Shown: positions 33,435 through 43,210 of the stretch, in pieces
How positions within the stretch are numbered: the first letter of the stretch is position 1
How the letters are laid out: each line of letters starts with the position of its first letter
Source: Candidatus Poribacteria bacterium
Lineage (GTDB): Bacteria > Poribacteria > WGA-4E > UBA9662
DNA: 64,000 nucleotides
Reading direction: 5' to 3'
Assembly: GCA_036339735.1 (NCBI GenBank)
Contig: JAYZAL010000038.1
Span: 1-64,000, forward strand
The notes under the pieces: generated by a model
Told to the model about the DNA's origin: nothing
The model's input: only the letters and a program-made list of their open reading frames with translations
Databases searched by the model: none
Position numbers and translations under genes: made by a program

Positions 33435-33488
33435 AAAAAGCACTGGGACTGGGGTCAGGTCCTCCCCAGTAAATGGGGGCCTCAGACC
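33435..33488 (-). promoter_or_regulatory. Alternative hairpins (terminator/antiterminator-like) upstream of the copper operon
   Basis: mRNA GGUCU..CCCCA-UUUAC-UGGGG-A-GGACC competes with ACUGGG(G)...CCCAGU-GC-UUUUU. Confidence 0.4.
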
Positions 33489-33519
33489 AAGTAATAAAAA
33501 ATAAACCGGATTCTAATTT

Positions 33520-33942
33520 CTAAGACAGATACGAAAATGGCGGAGAGCGAGGCGAACAAAAATTTAGGAAAGAATCTAAAATGCTTAGTGTGGAATGATG
33601 TCCGAACCATAAGTAAGAAACTGGCTCTACCGAAACCGGATAGGTGAGACTAGCTAGATCTATTACATGGTAGTAGGTATGTGAGTGTGGCGTTTTATTT
33701 TTACTTTGGTTAATTACTGATTTAATAGAACAACAATTGGTTTTGGTGTTCTTCGGTTCTGAATCAGGTCGATCTGTTTGATAGCAACAAAAAGAAATTT
33801 GATGAAATTTGGCAGTTTTGGAGAGATGGTCTTCGATTTGGTTGCAACTATCTAGACCACCCCAAGCACACACCACCCAGCAGGAAAAGTATACTGGCAA
33901 GGCAATAAGCGCCAGAATTGTTTTTCTTCTACGCTCTGTCAT
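33520..33942 (-). CDS. Cys/His-rich secreted leader protein with C-terminal PRSPP (CutF/CruR-like candidate)
   Basis: Basic+hydrophobic N-terminus, CWVVC, two CC pairs, RSPP five residues before stop; first gene of copper cluster. Confidence 0.6.
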   Translation of the reverse strand: MTERRRKTILALIALPVYFSCWVVCAWGGLDSCNQIEDHLSKTAKFHQISFCCYQTDRPDSEPKNTKTNCCSIKSVINQSKNKTPHSHTYYHVIDLASLTYPVSVEPVSYLWFGHHSTLSILDSFLNFCSPRSPPFSYLS

Positions 33943-34048
33943 ATTTTCTATACTAACCTAATCCCAATATAAAAAACAAATATACTCAAAATAGTCATGG
34001 CCAGCCTTTAGTTGAAAAAACAAACTTTACTCCACATCTTTTCATTGA

Positions 34049-35992
34049 TCACCAATTTTTGAATGCATACATAGGTTGTCCAGTGATTAAGCTCAGTATG
34101 CTCCAGAAACTACCCAAAACAAACTCACCCAAAATCAGTCCAATGAAAAATGGTAATGCCGTTCGATAAACACGTATCCCTCCTAATTTCAGCATTAATA
34201 GTTTTAGAGCCCAACCACATAAAACTGAAGACCAGATCCAGTTCATAGCATAATCATCGGCTAAGGTGTAACCAAGCGGGTGGATCTGCCACCATATCAA
34301 TCTCGATCGAACTATTAGCATTATTAAAGTTAAGCAGAAACCGAGAGCAACTGCAATCAATGCCGGAATATCTGGCGGGTCAGGATAGGTCAACCAACCT
34401 TCTAACAGTGTATAAGGTTCTCTACCAAAGGCAGAAACCGCGTAGCTGGCAATTCCTCGGGATCCACCTTCCAAGTAAAAAGCATCTAATAATTTCCACC
34501 AGACAGTGATAGCACCAATGGCTGAGCCAACAATTAGAGCGAAAAATATGCGACGACTCGAAAATTTCTGGACTTGTGCTAATTTTAAACTTTCTAGCTG
34601 TACTGGCATCGGATGGCATCGATAAGCTCGATTAAACCAAGAGAAGATCGACAAAAGTGTCAGATTTTGATTACCAACTAACTGAGTACCTGTAGCAAAA
34701 ACGACCAATCTCTGTGGCCCCATGAAATGTAGGTCATGAACTGGAGCACCTAGTTCCGCACGAATCCGAGATAATCCAATTGACAAGGTGAAATAAAGCG
34801 AAAAGAAAGCCAAGGCAATCCATACTGACATACCAGCATAAATAGAAAATCCGATGAGAAAAAGGCTACCTACAGACACGTAGATAAAAGCATAACGCAT
34901 CGAAATAGGTCCCTCACTATCCGTATTAGTAGACCGATAAGCTTCAAGTAAGGCATTAATAAAATGGTGTCGACCTGCAAATAGGACAAAAGCAAAAATA
35001 CCCATATAGGCACCAAATGACTGGTGACGAGAATAGGGAAATTGAGGTAATGTACGCCAGCCGAAAGCAGATCCCATCACTTTCAGCCCCTTCATCAACC
35101 AATAGAAAAACCAGCAGGAAAAAGAGAGTTCATGAGGTATTAAAAAAGCCATTGAAACAACAAAAGGAAAAATTCTAACTGGAGTAGGGCCAATCGATTT
35201 CCAAGGCGAATCAGTGACAACAGACCTTAGGTCCAAGCTCCAGATTAGTATCGGTAGATGGGGGAACAGATAGGCTAGTCCATTGTATAGCGTAATGATC
35301 GCTGTTACAATAAAACCAACCCAGAACGGGTATAAGCGTAGGATTTGGTTTTTTGAATCCAATAAGGAAAGTGGTAACTGAGTAATGGGATAAGTTAATC
35401 GTTCATGCTCTACCCATTGGCGACGCAAAATGGCAGATAAACCTGCTGTTACAAAGATAATAGCCATCAAAAAACTTGTCCAAGCACCAATAACAGGTAG
35501 CCAATGTATCAAGTACGCTCCAAATCGATCCTCTCCTTTATAAAAACCATTTAGAATACTACGATCATGAATGACCCACCAATCAGGCAAATAGCTCAGA
35601 AACAATTTATCCCATTCATTTTCTGGTGTAGCAAACCAAGTTGGGTAAGCTGTAATAGGAACGAGTACCTGTAGCATGTCTACACCTGCTACAGCAGTTC
35701 CAATCGTCATAATTGCGTAAATAATAGATAATTCGGTGGTACTTAGGAAGTAGGGTTTCCAAGATTGAGGTAATGATTTCTGCAGAACAACCAAAACAAA
35801 TAGCAATGCTACGACGTGGAAGAATATGGACATGGCCGTCGGGTACGATGCTCCACCAACAGCTGTTCCACCTCCCTGCGTAGAACCACCGCTCAGCATT
35901 TCCATCTTTAACATCCAAATAACGGAAATAGGAACTAGTACATACCCAATTAGCTGTGCACGTATCCTTGTGTCTTGGTTTTTCAATAACAT
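34049..35992 (-). CDS. Polytopic membrane protein, DUF6785/DUF6784-type (putative transporter)
   Basis: WFATPENEW, ERLTYPI.QLP, RIRAELGAPVHDLH, IHPLGY, PFFIGLILGEF; paralogue of 7431-9314. Confidence 0.7.
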   Translation of the reverse strand: MLLKNQDTRIRAQLIGYVLVPISVIWMLKMEMLSGGSTQGGGTAVGGASYPTAMSIFFHVVALLFVLVVLQKSLPQSWKPYFLSTTELSIIYAIMTIGTAVAGVDMLQVLVPITAYPTWFATPENEWDKLFLSYLPDWWVIHDRSILNGFYKGEDRFGAYLIHWLPVIGAWTSFLMAIIFVTAGLSAILRRQWVEHERLTYPITQLPLSLLDSKNQILRLYPFWVGFIVTAIITLYNGLAYLFPHLPILIWSLDLRSVVTDSPWKSIGPTPVRIFPFVVSMAFLIPHELSFSCWFFYWLMKGLKVMGSAFGWRTLPQFPYSRHQSFGAYMGIFAFVLFAGRHHFINALLEAYRSTNTDSEGPISMRYAFIYVSVGSLFLIGFSIYAGMSVWIALAFFSLYFTLSIGLSRIRAELGAPVHDLHFMGPQRLVVFATGTQLVGNQNLTLLSIFSWFNRAYRCHPMPVQLESLKLAQVQKFSSRRIFFALIVGSAIGAITVWWKLLDAFYLEGGSRGIASYAVSAFGREPYTLLEGWLTYPDPPDIPALIAVALGFCLTLIMLIVRSRLIWWQIHPLGYTLADDYAMNWIWSSVLCGWALKLLMLKLGGIRVYRTALPFFIGLILGEFVLGSFWSILSLITGQPMYAFKNW

Positions 35993-36301
35993 TTGATTTT
36001 GAATATAAGGCTCCCTTGGTCTGGTGTCTCAAATGATATGAAATCGGAGGGACTTAGTAGTTTACCCAAATTGGAATCCCTATTTATCAACATTTTTCTT
36101 GAAAATTGTTATTATGGTCTCAGCCCAAAAGTCTTACGTTATTCCGAATTGACTTAGTGGTATTGACTAAGCTCTGAGAGCAAATTAGAATAGAACCAGA
36201 TCTAACAGGTTTTGAGAATTTATCGATGATATTGGCAGTAAATTCTAATTTATTATGCTAGACTTTTCTTTCAGACATGCATTTTAATATTAGTCTTTAT
36301 C

Positions 36302-37738
36302 TTATTTAGTTTGGTAACGAATAAAATGTTTTCCAGCATCAACAATTGTTTCAAAATATCCAGTAGCAACAGATGCAGATAGAGCTGCACCCACAGCAGC
36401 TTCCTCTGTGTGTATTGGTATCGACATAGAAGTCGAAAACTTACTTTCAATCGATTTTTGTAAGACTCTATTACGCCGAATACCATTACCTGCCCCTACG
36501 AGCTTGGTTCGTTCAGACAAACCGGACCTCTTCATTTGTTGATGGAAAACGTCAAATTCATTGGCTATGCCTTCTAGAAGGGAACGTGCAAAATGACCGA
36601 TTGTGAAGTTAGTTTCACTGATGCCTGACCAAATACCTCTTCGATCCGGTTGCTTCCGAGAACCACCGAATATAGGCTCACACCTTAACCCTTCTGATTC
36701 GCCAGGGATACAGTCAGCCAGTTGGTTCAAAATCAAGTAAAGATCACTTGTATTCTGATTTGGTTCTATACCGAAGACCGATTGGCCAATTTGTTGAACG
36801 AAATGCTTGAGCGAACGATAAGACCTGCCACCACATAAGCCGGCGCCAACTAATAGATAACCATCTGACAGAAAGGGTCGAATGTCTAAAGATTCATTTT
36901 GATGCAGATTCGGTACAAAAGCAGAAATTTGGCCACCAGTTCCAACGTTGACCAGAATACTATTTTTAGGATCATCCACACTTCCGGCAAAACTGGCTTG
37001 ATTGTCCCCACAAGCCACTGAAACTGGAACTCCATCTAACGAGTCTAGTTTTTTGACCATACCAGCCACACTACAATTTTCTGAAACAAAAGGGAAATGG
37101 GTTGTGGGTAAATTCAACGACTTGAGAAAGTCTGTGTTCCAGGAGTTATTCGTGATATTGAAACAGCCAGAACTAGCAGCATTGGTTCGATCAGTCGTAG
37201 GTGTACTTTGGCACAATTGACTAACAAGATAATCTGGAGCGAAACAGGCTTGCGTGTTAGCTGGCAGACGACCATTTTCTGAAAGCCAAAATAAAGTCGT
37301 TCCCATATATCCAGTTGAAGGTAAAGAATTAGACTGAGTCGAATTAGCTACTGATCGCATTCGCTGAACATATGTTAAATTGCCAGAATGAATCTGACTC
37401 CCACGTTTATCTTGCCAACCGATAAAGTTTGAGCATGGTTGGTAGTTTTTGTCCAGTAAAGCCATGCCGTGCATCTGTCCAGTCACACCAATTCCTCTAA
37501 TCTCTCGATTTGGTATTCCAGTTGTTATGTTGACCAGTAGATTTAAAGCTAAACTAATCATTCGGTCCAAATCCCATTCTGAATAATTCGGTTGGCCTGA
37601 TATATCTATCTGACTGTCATTATCTATGCTCAATTGCCGAAGAACAGGACTACGGTTAGGAAAGTTCACCACATTCAGATCAATTAGGACAGTACTGATA
37701 GAAGTCGTCCCAAGATCAATTCCAACAAATTTAGACAT
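36302..37738 (-). CDS. FGGY family carbohydrate kinase (sedoheptulokinase/xylulokinase-like)
   Basis: GIDLGTTS, IGVTGQMHG, WQD.R, GDNQASF.G, NVGTGGQ, EEAAVGAA. Confidence 0.9.
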   Translation of the reverse strand: MSKFVGIDLGTTSISTVLIDLNVVNFPNRSPVLRQLSIDNDSQIDISGQPNYSEWDLDRMISLALNLLVNITTGIPNREIRGIGVTGQMHGMALLDKNYQPCSNFIGWQDKRGSQIHSGNLTYVQRMRSVANSTQSNSLPSTGYMGTTLFWLSENGRLPANTQACFAPDYLVSQLCQSTPTTDRTNAASSGCFNITNNSWNTDFLKSLNLPTTHFPFVSENCSVAGMVKKLDSLDGVPVSVACGDNQASFAGSVDDPKNSILVNVGTGGQISAFVPNLHQNESLDIRPFLSDGYLLVGAGLCGGRSYRSLKHFVQQIGQSVFGIEPNQNTSDLYLILNQLADCIPGESEGLRCEPIFGGSRKQPDRRGIWSGISETNFTIGHFARSLLEGIANEFDVFHQQMKRSGLSERTKLVGAGNGIRRNRVLQKSIESKFSTSMSIPIHTEEAAVGAALSASVATGYFETIVDAGKHFIRYQTK

Positions 37739-37930
37739 ATCACCGCTCAAATAGTTGATTAACAATTCGATCCATAAGATTGCAAAGAGAGCCGCTCATT
37801 ATAGGTCAGTCGAGTTTATTGGTCAAACCACAGGTAATTTATTATAGATAACACGTACCAGAAATTAGGTCGACTGATAATCACCCTGACCATTATGGTA
37901 ATCTTTTAAGAATACTTGAAAGGATCAATT

Positions 37931-38716
37931 ATGAGTTCGATCATCCAAACAAATAAGAACATTACGACTAAACTCAACCTCTTTCTCTTATCCTTTTATT
38001 TTATCTTCTTTTTAGCGACGATCAATCTTGAAGCTGGAGATCTGGTTCTACATCTAACTTTCGATAAGTTCTCCGGGCCTGTTGTGAAAGACCAATCAGG
38101 TTTTGGTCATAACGCAACTTTTAATGTTCAGCCTAGAGAAACTAAAGGCCCATTGGGTAATCAGGCCGCAAAACTGGATGGTGTCAGTTGGGCAGAAATT
38201 GAAGATAGCGACGATCTTGATTTGATGACAGCTTTGACCATCGAGGCTTGGGTGTTTATTAGTTCTGATGAGAAACAAATCGTGGTGGAGAAAGGTGCTA
38301 CTTGGAAAAGAGATGGCGAATACAGTCTATTATTTTACGAAAAGCGAAGACCCGTAATTCAGGCACAAGACCTTGCTGATAATTGTGATGATGAAGCGGT
38401 AGGCGATGAAATACCACGTGATACTTGGACACATATAGCCGGTACCTGGGATAGTAAAGCCTTCAAATTATATATCAATGGTGAATTGAATCTAGAACTT
38501 GAGTGTGCCGGAAAACTATTAAAAAGCCAGGAATCTTTGTATATTGGTAGTCGAGGAGGAGGCCTCCGTTTTCTCAAAGGATCTATTGACGATTTACGGA
38601 TTTATAACTATGCATTAGAAAATAAGCAAATTCGAATGGACATGGAAAATAAGCTATTGATCTCGAAAAAAGAGAAGATCGCAACCACTTGGGGAAGAGT
38701 CAAGGCAGTCAGGTAG
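37931..38716 (+). CDS. Secreted LamG-like jellyroll protein with C-terminal K-I-x3-W-G-x-V-K motif
   Basis: Signal peptide; LTIEAWV, WTHIAGTWD, LYINGE, G.IDDLRIYN.AL. Confidence 0.85.
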   Translation: MSSIIQTNKNITTKLNLFLLSFYFIFFLATINLEAGDLVLHLTFDKFSGPVVKDQSGFGHNATFNVQPRETKGPLGNQAAKLDGVSWAEIEDSDDLDLMTALTIEAWVFISSDEKQIVVEKGATWKRDGEYSLLFYEKRRPVIQAQDLADNCDDEAVGDEIPRDTWTHIAGTWDSKAFKLYINGELNLELECAGKLLKSQESLYIGSRGGGLRFLKGSIDDLRIYNYALENKQIRMDMENKLLISKKEKIATTWGRVKAVR

Positions 38717-38803
38717 ATAACCACGTCTATCACTTATTCCGTAATTATTTGAACTTAACTAACCCGTGACGGCCTACGCTTTTATGATAGGAGATAATGT
38801 TCG

Positions 38804-39790
38804 ATGAATTCTGTTCCAACCAAATTTACTCGTTTAGATATGAATCGATTAATCACCTTTACACAACAAGCATTCCAAAAGGTCGGTACGAACGAAAAGG
38901 ATGCGTCTCTTATGGCCAAACTATTGGTCGAAACTGATCTTCGTGGTGTCTTTAGCCATGGTACCCGTCAGCTTGATGGTTATATTCAAATGATGATAGA
39001 CCAAAAGGTTAATCCTAGACCAAATATTCAAAATGAAGTGAGTAGTCAGACTACTGCTATCTTTGATGGTGATGGTGGGATGGGCCATTTACCATCCTAC
39101 CAAGCTGCACAATTCGTCGTAGAGGCGGCTAAATCGTTTGGTATCGCTGGCGCGGTAACTCGAAACCATTTCCACTTTGGAGCAGCTGGAACATACTCAC
39201 GTCTAGCTTTAGAACAAGACTGCATTGGGTTCTCGACTTCAGCTCACCGATTTAGGCCTAGCAAGGATCATTCGATCCTCTCCGCATCTGGCGCATCCCC
39301 CATTAGTTTTGCTATTCCTGCAGGTAAACAGCCTCCAATAGTCATTGATATGGGTGCCTACCTTGGTGGTTCGGGCGAGTTGTCCCAAGATCAGCTATTC
39401 AAATATATTCCAGCCACGTTTTTTAAATTTATTGGTCTAGGAGCAGCTGCACATATGATGGGTGGGTTTATGGCTGGCATTTGGATGTCTGACCCAGAAA
39501 TCGATCAGAATGCATGGGAGGGGGCCAACCAAGGAGCCTTTATTTGTGCCATTGACATTTCACGGTTTCGCGATTTGGAACATTTCAAACAAGAAGTTGA
39601 TCGACATCAAAAAGATATTCAACAAATGATACCTGCACCTGGATACGACCACGCTAATCTCCCTGGCACTTTAGAATACCAAAGAGAAAAAGAATGGGCA
39701 CAAATAGGAATTCCGATTGGTATCGATCACCAATCAATACTCAATGTAGTTGCCAACAAAATAGGCTTGGAACCACTGTTTAGTAATTAA
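38804..39790 (+). CDS. Ldh_2 family (malate/L-lactate/sulfolactate-type) oxidoreductase
   Basis: DLRGVFSHG, DGDGGMG, RNHFHFGAAG, PISFAIP; AGGAG RBS. Confidence 0.85.
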   Translation: MNSVPTKFTRLDMNRLITFTQQAFQKVGTNEKDASLMAKLLVETDLRGVFSHGTRQLDGYIQMMIDQKVNPRPNIQNEVSSQTTAIFDGDGGMGHLPSYQAAQFVVEAAKSFGIAGAVTRNHFHFGAAGTYSRLALEQDCIGFSTSAHRFRPSKDHSILSASGASPISFAIPAGKQPPIVIDMGAYLGGSGELSQDQLFKYIPATFFKFIGLGAAAHMMGGFMAGIWMSDPEIDQNAWEGANQGAFICAIDISRFRDLEHFKQEVDRHQKDIQQMIPAPGYDHANLPGTLEYQREKEWAQIGIPIGIDHQSILNVVANKIGLEPLFSN

Positions 39791-40091
39791 TTGATTTCAT
39801 AGTGATGGATTAAGCGAATTGAAATTTTCTTGGTTGAAAAGGAATAATCAAGGAAAAACTGAATTCTATTCTTTGGAATAACCCAAACCATGTCTGTTAT
39901 TTCTGTTCTGTTATACAAATTCGATTGAGAATTGCCATATTAAAACCAAATTTTAACGAGATTTTTTATTGTGGTTTGTTTATTTTCGGCATCAGAAATA
40001 ATTGAGAAATTCTTAGAAGGATTCGAGCGTTGTAGGAAGATTTAGTTAATTGGCATAAACACATCTTTCTACCTTTGAATCCAATAAAAAT

Positions 40092-40433
40092 GGATATGAT
40101 ATTGAGAACTCGACCCGAAGCAGATTAACACACTTTGGTTCTGGTGCAATCACGGTTTCGGAACTCATAGAAAAATATCCTGAATTGGTACATCCAAATC
40201 TTGAGCTGACTAAAGGAGAAGTAGTTTAGTTTTGTCAATATGAGATAGCTAGAACGGTTGATGACGTGCTTGCAAGACGGTCTCGATCTCTGATAACCAA
40301 TGCGAAGGCTGCTTCAGAAGCCGCAGAGGCTGTCGAAAAAACAATGTCCAAAATACTGAAAAATGATGCCTCTTGGGTGGAGCAGCAAATCCTTATCTTC
40401 CAGAGTTTAGCCAGAAAATATATTAGCACCTAG
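40092..40433 (+). pseudogene. C-terminal fragment of FAD-dependent glycerol-3-phosphate dehydrogenase (GlpD-like)
   Basis: Not in ORF track. HPNLELTKGEVV*FCQYEIARTVDDVLARRSR...W...Q...F..LA..Y; N-terminal FAD domain absent; TAG at a likely Trp position. Confidence 0.8.
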
Positions 40434-40528
40434 TCTAAGTTCTTAGGTAGGAAAAATTGAAAAATTAAAGATCAAGCTGGACTAGATAATTTTCTTTAAA
40501 ATTCGTTTTCTATCTAAAGTCTTTGGTT

Positions 40529-41257
40529 CTAAATGCTTCTTTTTTGGTTGACATATGTCCCAATGTTTTCTACCGTATCAACCCATATATCTCCCTTCTT
40601 CAGAAATTGGCACAACTTTTCTAAAACAGAAATATTGACGGTTTGTTTACCTTGATGGCTAATCTCGTGCCCAAGAAATATTAGCCAAGAATTATTCTTT
40701 CGTGCGTAATCTAAATATAGCTGCACCGTTTCAAAAGTCACATCATCCATATCAAGTGCGGTTACCTGTGCTAGATCCGTGAAGGTTGGATCGTTGGGTA
40801 CTTCATTGAAGGCATCACGACCAACAAGGAAATATTCTGCTACCAATGGCACGTAACTCTTGACATCTTTGGATCTTCCAACGAACTTTTGTCCACAAGG
40901 GTAGGCAAATGTCTTCGGCTGTATGCCTAGTTCTTGTTCGATGCAGGAGTTTGCTTTTAAGATCTCATCTCTCATTTGTTCTAGGTTGTATTCTTCTAGG
41001 GGCTTGTGTCTGGCAAAAGAAAAATTGCCACTACATGGGTGATTGAATGTATGATTACCAACCTCATGCCCATTTTTGATCGCCTGTTCCCACTCAGTTT
41101 TTCTACTTCGCATCGGCTGAATTGAAACATAAAATGTTGCGTGAATATCATAGCTATCAAGTAATGGAAGACCATAATCAACTTGACTGGGTCTAGCGTC
41201 ATCAAACGTTAGGCTAAGTGCAGCCACTTTACCTTCTGGCCAAAATCCAATTGACAT
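40529..41257 (-). CDS. Polysaccharide deacetylase (NodB/CE4) family
   Basis: LTFDD, GHEVGNHT..H, TFAYPCG. Confidence 0.9.
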   Translation of the reverse strand: MSIGFWPEGKVAALSLTFDDARPSQVDYGLPLLDSYDIHATFYVSIQPMRSRKTEWEQAIKNGHEVGNHTFNHPCSGNFSFARHKPLEEYNLEQMRDEILKANSCIEQELGIQPKTFAYPCGQKFVGRSKDVKSYVPLVAEYFLVGRDAFNEVPNDPTFTDLAQVTALDMDDVTFETVQLYLDYARKNNSWLIFLGHEISHQGKQTVNISVLEKLCQFLKKGDIWVDTVENIGTYVNQKRSI

Positions 41258-41260
41258 AAT

Positions 41261-42385
41261 TCAGTTTCCTAGTTTTGAATAAATCCAATCTTTATCTATA
41301 ATGGCTACATGTAAATCGAAGACATCAGGATTTTCCCATCCACTCCGACCGTTGTCACATGTACGATTTGGTCCATAAACACAGTAGCTTATTATTGCCT
41401 TCTCATCGTTTAGCCAGTCGCATCCAATATTAGTAAAGTTATACTCTTGATGACTAGCTAGATCGCCAACTTTATGCCAAGTACTACCCTGATCCTTTGA
41501 AAGAGCAATACTCAACGGTGAGCGCAATCCATAATGATGATGGACGGGGTCGTACCAGCTGTCATTCCAAAGCAAAATTAGATCTTCAGTGTTAGGAATC
41601 GTCCTCAAACAAGTAGATGATTCTGGAGCCTTCAATCCTGTTGTCTGGGCGAGTTGCCAATTTTCTCCTTCATCATTAGACCTAGACAAAAATACTGATC
41701 CTAGCTGAGTTCTCAGCGACATCACTAATTCGCCATTTGGCAACTCCGCCACGGAAGATTCCATTGCACCTCGCATGGGAAGATCAAGGGGCTGAGCGTT
41801 TCGATTCCAAGTTTGTCCATCGTCATCACTGTAATAGCAGTGAACAACATTATGTTGCGAAGCTTGGTGGCCTTCCCCACCATGGAATGGTAGCAGAATT
41901 CGTCCTGATTGAAGTTGCAACAAACTGGTAGAACCACCTTGTAGCCACTGACCAGGACTTTTTTGCCAAATTGGGTTTTGCTGATGAAAGGAATATCCAC
42001 CATCAACTGATCTCAGCACATCCATGGTACTACTTTCACCACCTGTGTGCCCACGCAAACAAACCAGCAAAATATCACCATTCCTAAGTTTGCGTAGGGC
42101 AGGTGCCTGCACATTATTATCAGACGGGTTACAAGCGACTATTCTTTCCTCGTCTTGCCAAGTCAATCCTCCATCATGAGACCATTTTGCTGCTATATCG
42201 CATTTGCCAAAATCACTACTCCCTCTACTACTGTTACGGTACTTGTGCCATACAGCCAATAGTGAATCATCATCTAGCTGAGCGATAGAGGCGGTATCAT
42301 TGCGCGGAGTCATTTCACCCGACACACCCACAACACTGTATGCGACTTCTGATTGTCTAGTATACAGGCTTAATCTTTTGTCCAT
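41261..42385 (-). CDS. BNR-repeat sialidase-like protein
   Basis: Asp boxes SHDGGLTW, SVDGGYSF, SDDDGQTW, SNDEGENW, SKDQGSTW. Confidence 0.85.
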   Translation of the reverse strand: MDKRLSLYTRQSEVAYSVVGVSGEMTPRNDTASIAQLDDDSLLAVWHKYRNSSRGSSDFGKCDIAAKWSHDGGLTWQDEERIVACNPSDNNVQAPALRKLRNGDILLVCLRGHTGGESSTMDVLRSVDGGYSFHQQNPIWQKSPGQWLQGGSTSLLQLQSGRILLPFHGGEGHQASQHNVVHCYYSDDDGQTWNRNAQPLDLPMRGAMESSVAELPNGELVMSLRTQLGSVFLSRSNDEGENWQLAQTTGLKAPESSTCLRTIPNTEDLILLWNDSWYDPVHHHYGLRSPLSIALSKDQGSTWHKVGDLASHQEYNFTNIGCDWLNDEKAIISYCVYGPNRTCDNGRSGWENPDVFDLHVAIIDKDWIYSKLGN

Positions 42386-42388
42386 TAA

Positions 42389-43210
42389 TTAACTCCTACT
42401 CATCGTTTGTTCATATCTTTTGGCCATTTCAGTCCTCTGTTGTTGAAGATAAATTTGTTCCAACTCTCGAGCATTATCTTCACATGGGACTCTGGGTACT
42501 TCAATTATTGCCGTAGTAATCTGATCGTTTCCCCATTTGTAGGCGACAATTTCTCCATGGCTAATAATCAAGTTCATACCTACGTTGGCTTCAACTATTG
42601 GCACTCCATTTTCTCTGGCTCGAGCCAAGACCGTTTGGTTTTGTGCTTTACTCTTAGAACCATATGATGGAATCAAAATCAAGTTAGCGCCATCTAACAC
42701 TAATGTTCGGATGATAAGTGGATTCCACCGGTCATTGCAAATAGCAATCCCAACTCGCCCTAGAGGAGTGTCAAAAGCACGTAACACCTGTCCAACTCGA
42801 TTGAAGTTCCAGGATGGATGAGTACCTTCCGCTAATTGTGTTTTATGATATTTGCCAGAAATTTGCCCGTCATAATCGATAAAAATAGCTGCATTGAAAA
42901 TCTCGTTTCCAATCCGCTCTGCAAAGCCGAAACTGATACAAGTATTCAGGCTGTTTGCCAAGCGTTGAAACCGCCGGATATAAGATCCATTGATCGGTTC
43001 TGCTAAATCAAGCATTTCCTCTGGAGTTCGAATTTGGTTGATCACATCCATTATGACGTAACCTTCTAGGACGCCTTCAGTAGTGACAATGAGATCTGGT
43101 TTATCTTTGGCTGCTTCAACAAAGAAAGACTCCATTTTATCAGCGTTAGTATCTTTATCCCATTTAACAGGTCGAAGCGAAATCGCAGAAACTTTGAATG
43201 CGTCAAACAT
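42389..43210 (-). CDS. Carbon-nitrogen hydrolase (nitrilase superfamily)
   Basis: E-K-C triad: VTTEG, YHKTQ, ICNDR. Confidence 0.88.
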   Translation of the reverse strand: MFDAFKVSAISLRPVKWDKDTNADKMESFFVEAAKDKPDLIVTTEGVLEGYVIMDVINQIRTPEEMLDLAEPINGSYIRRFQRLANSLNTCISFGFAERIGNEIFNAAIFIDYDGQISGKYHKTQLAEGTHPSWNFNRVGQVLRAFDTPLGRVGIAICNDRWNPLIIRTLVLDGANLILIPSYGSKSKAQNQTVLARARENGVPIVEANVGMNLIISHGEIVAYKWGNDQITTAIIEVPRVPCEDNARELEQIYLQQQRTEMAKRYEQTMSRS

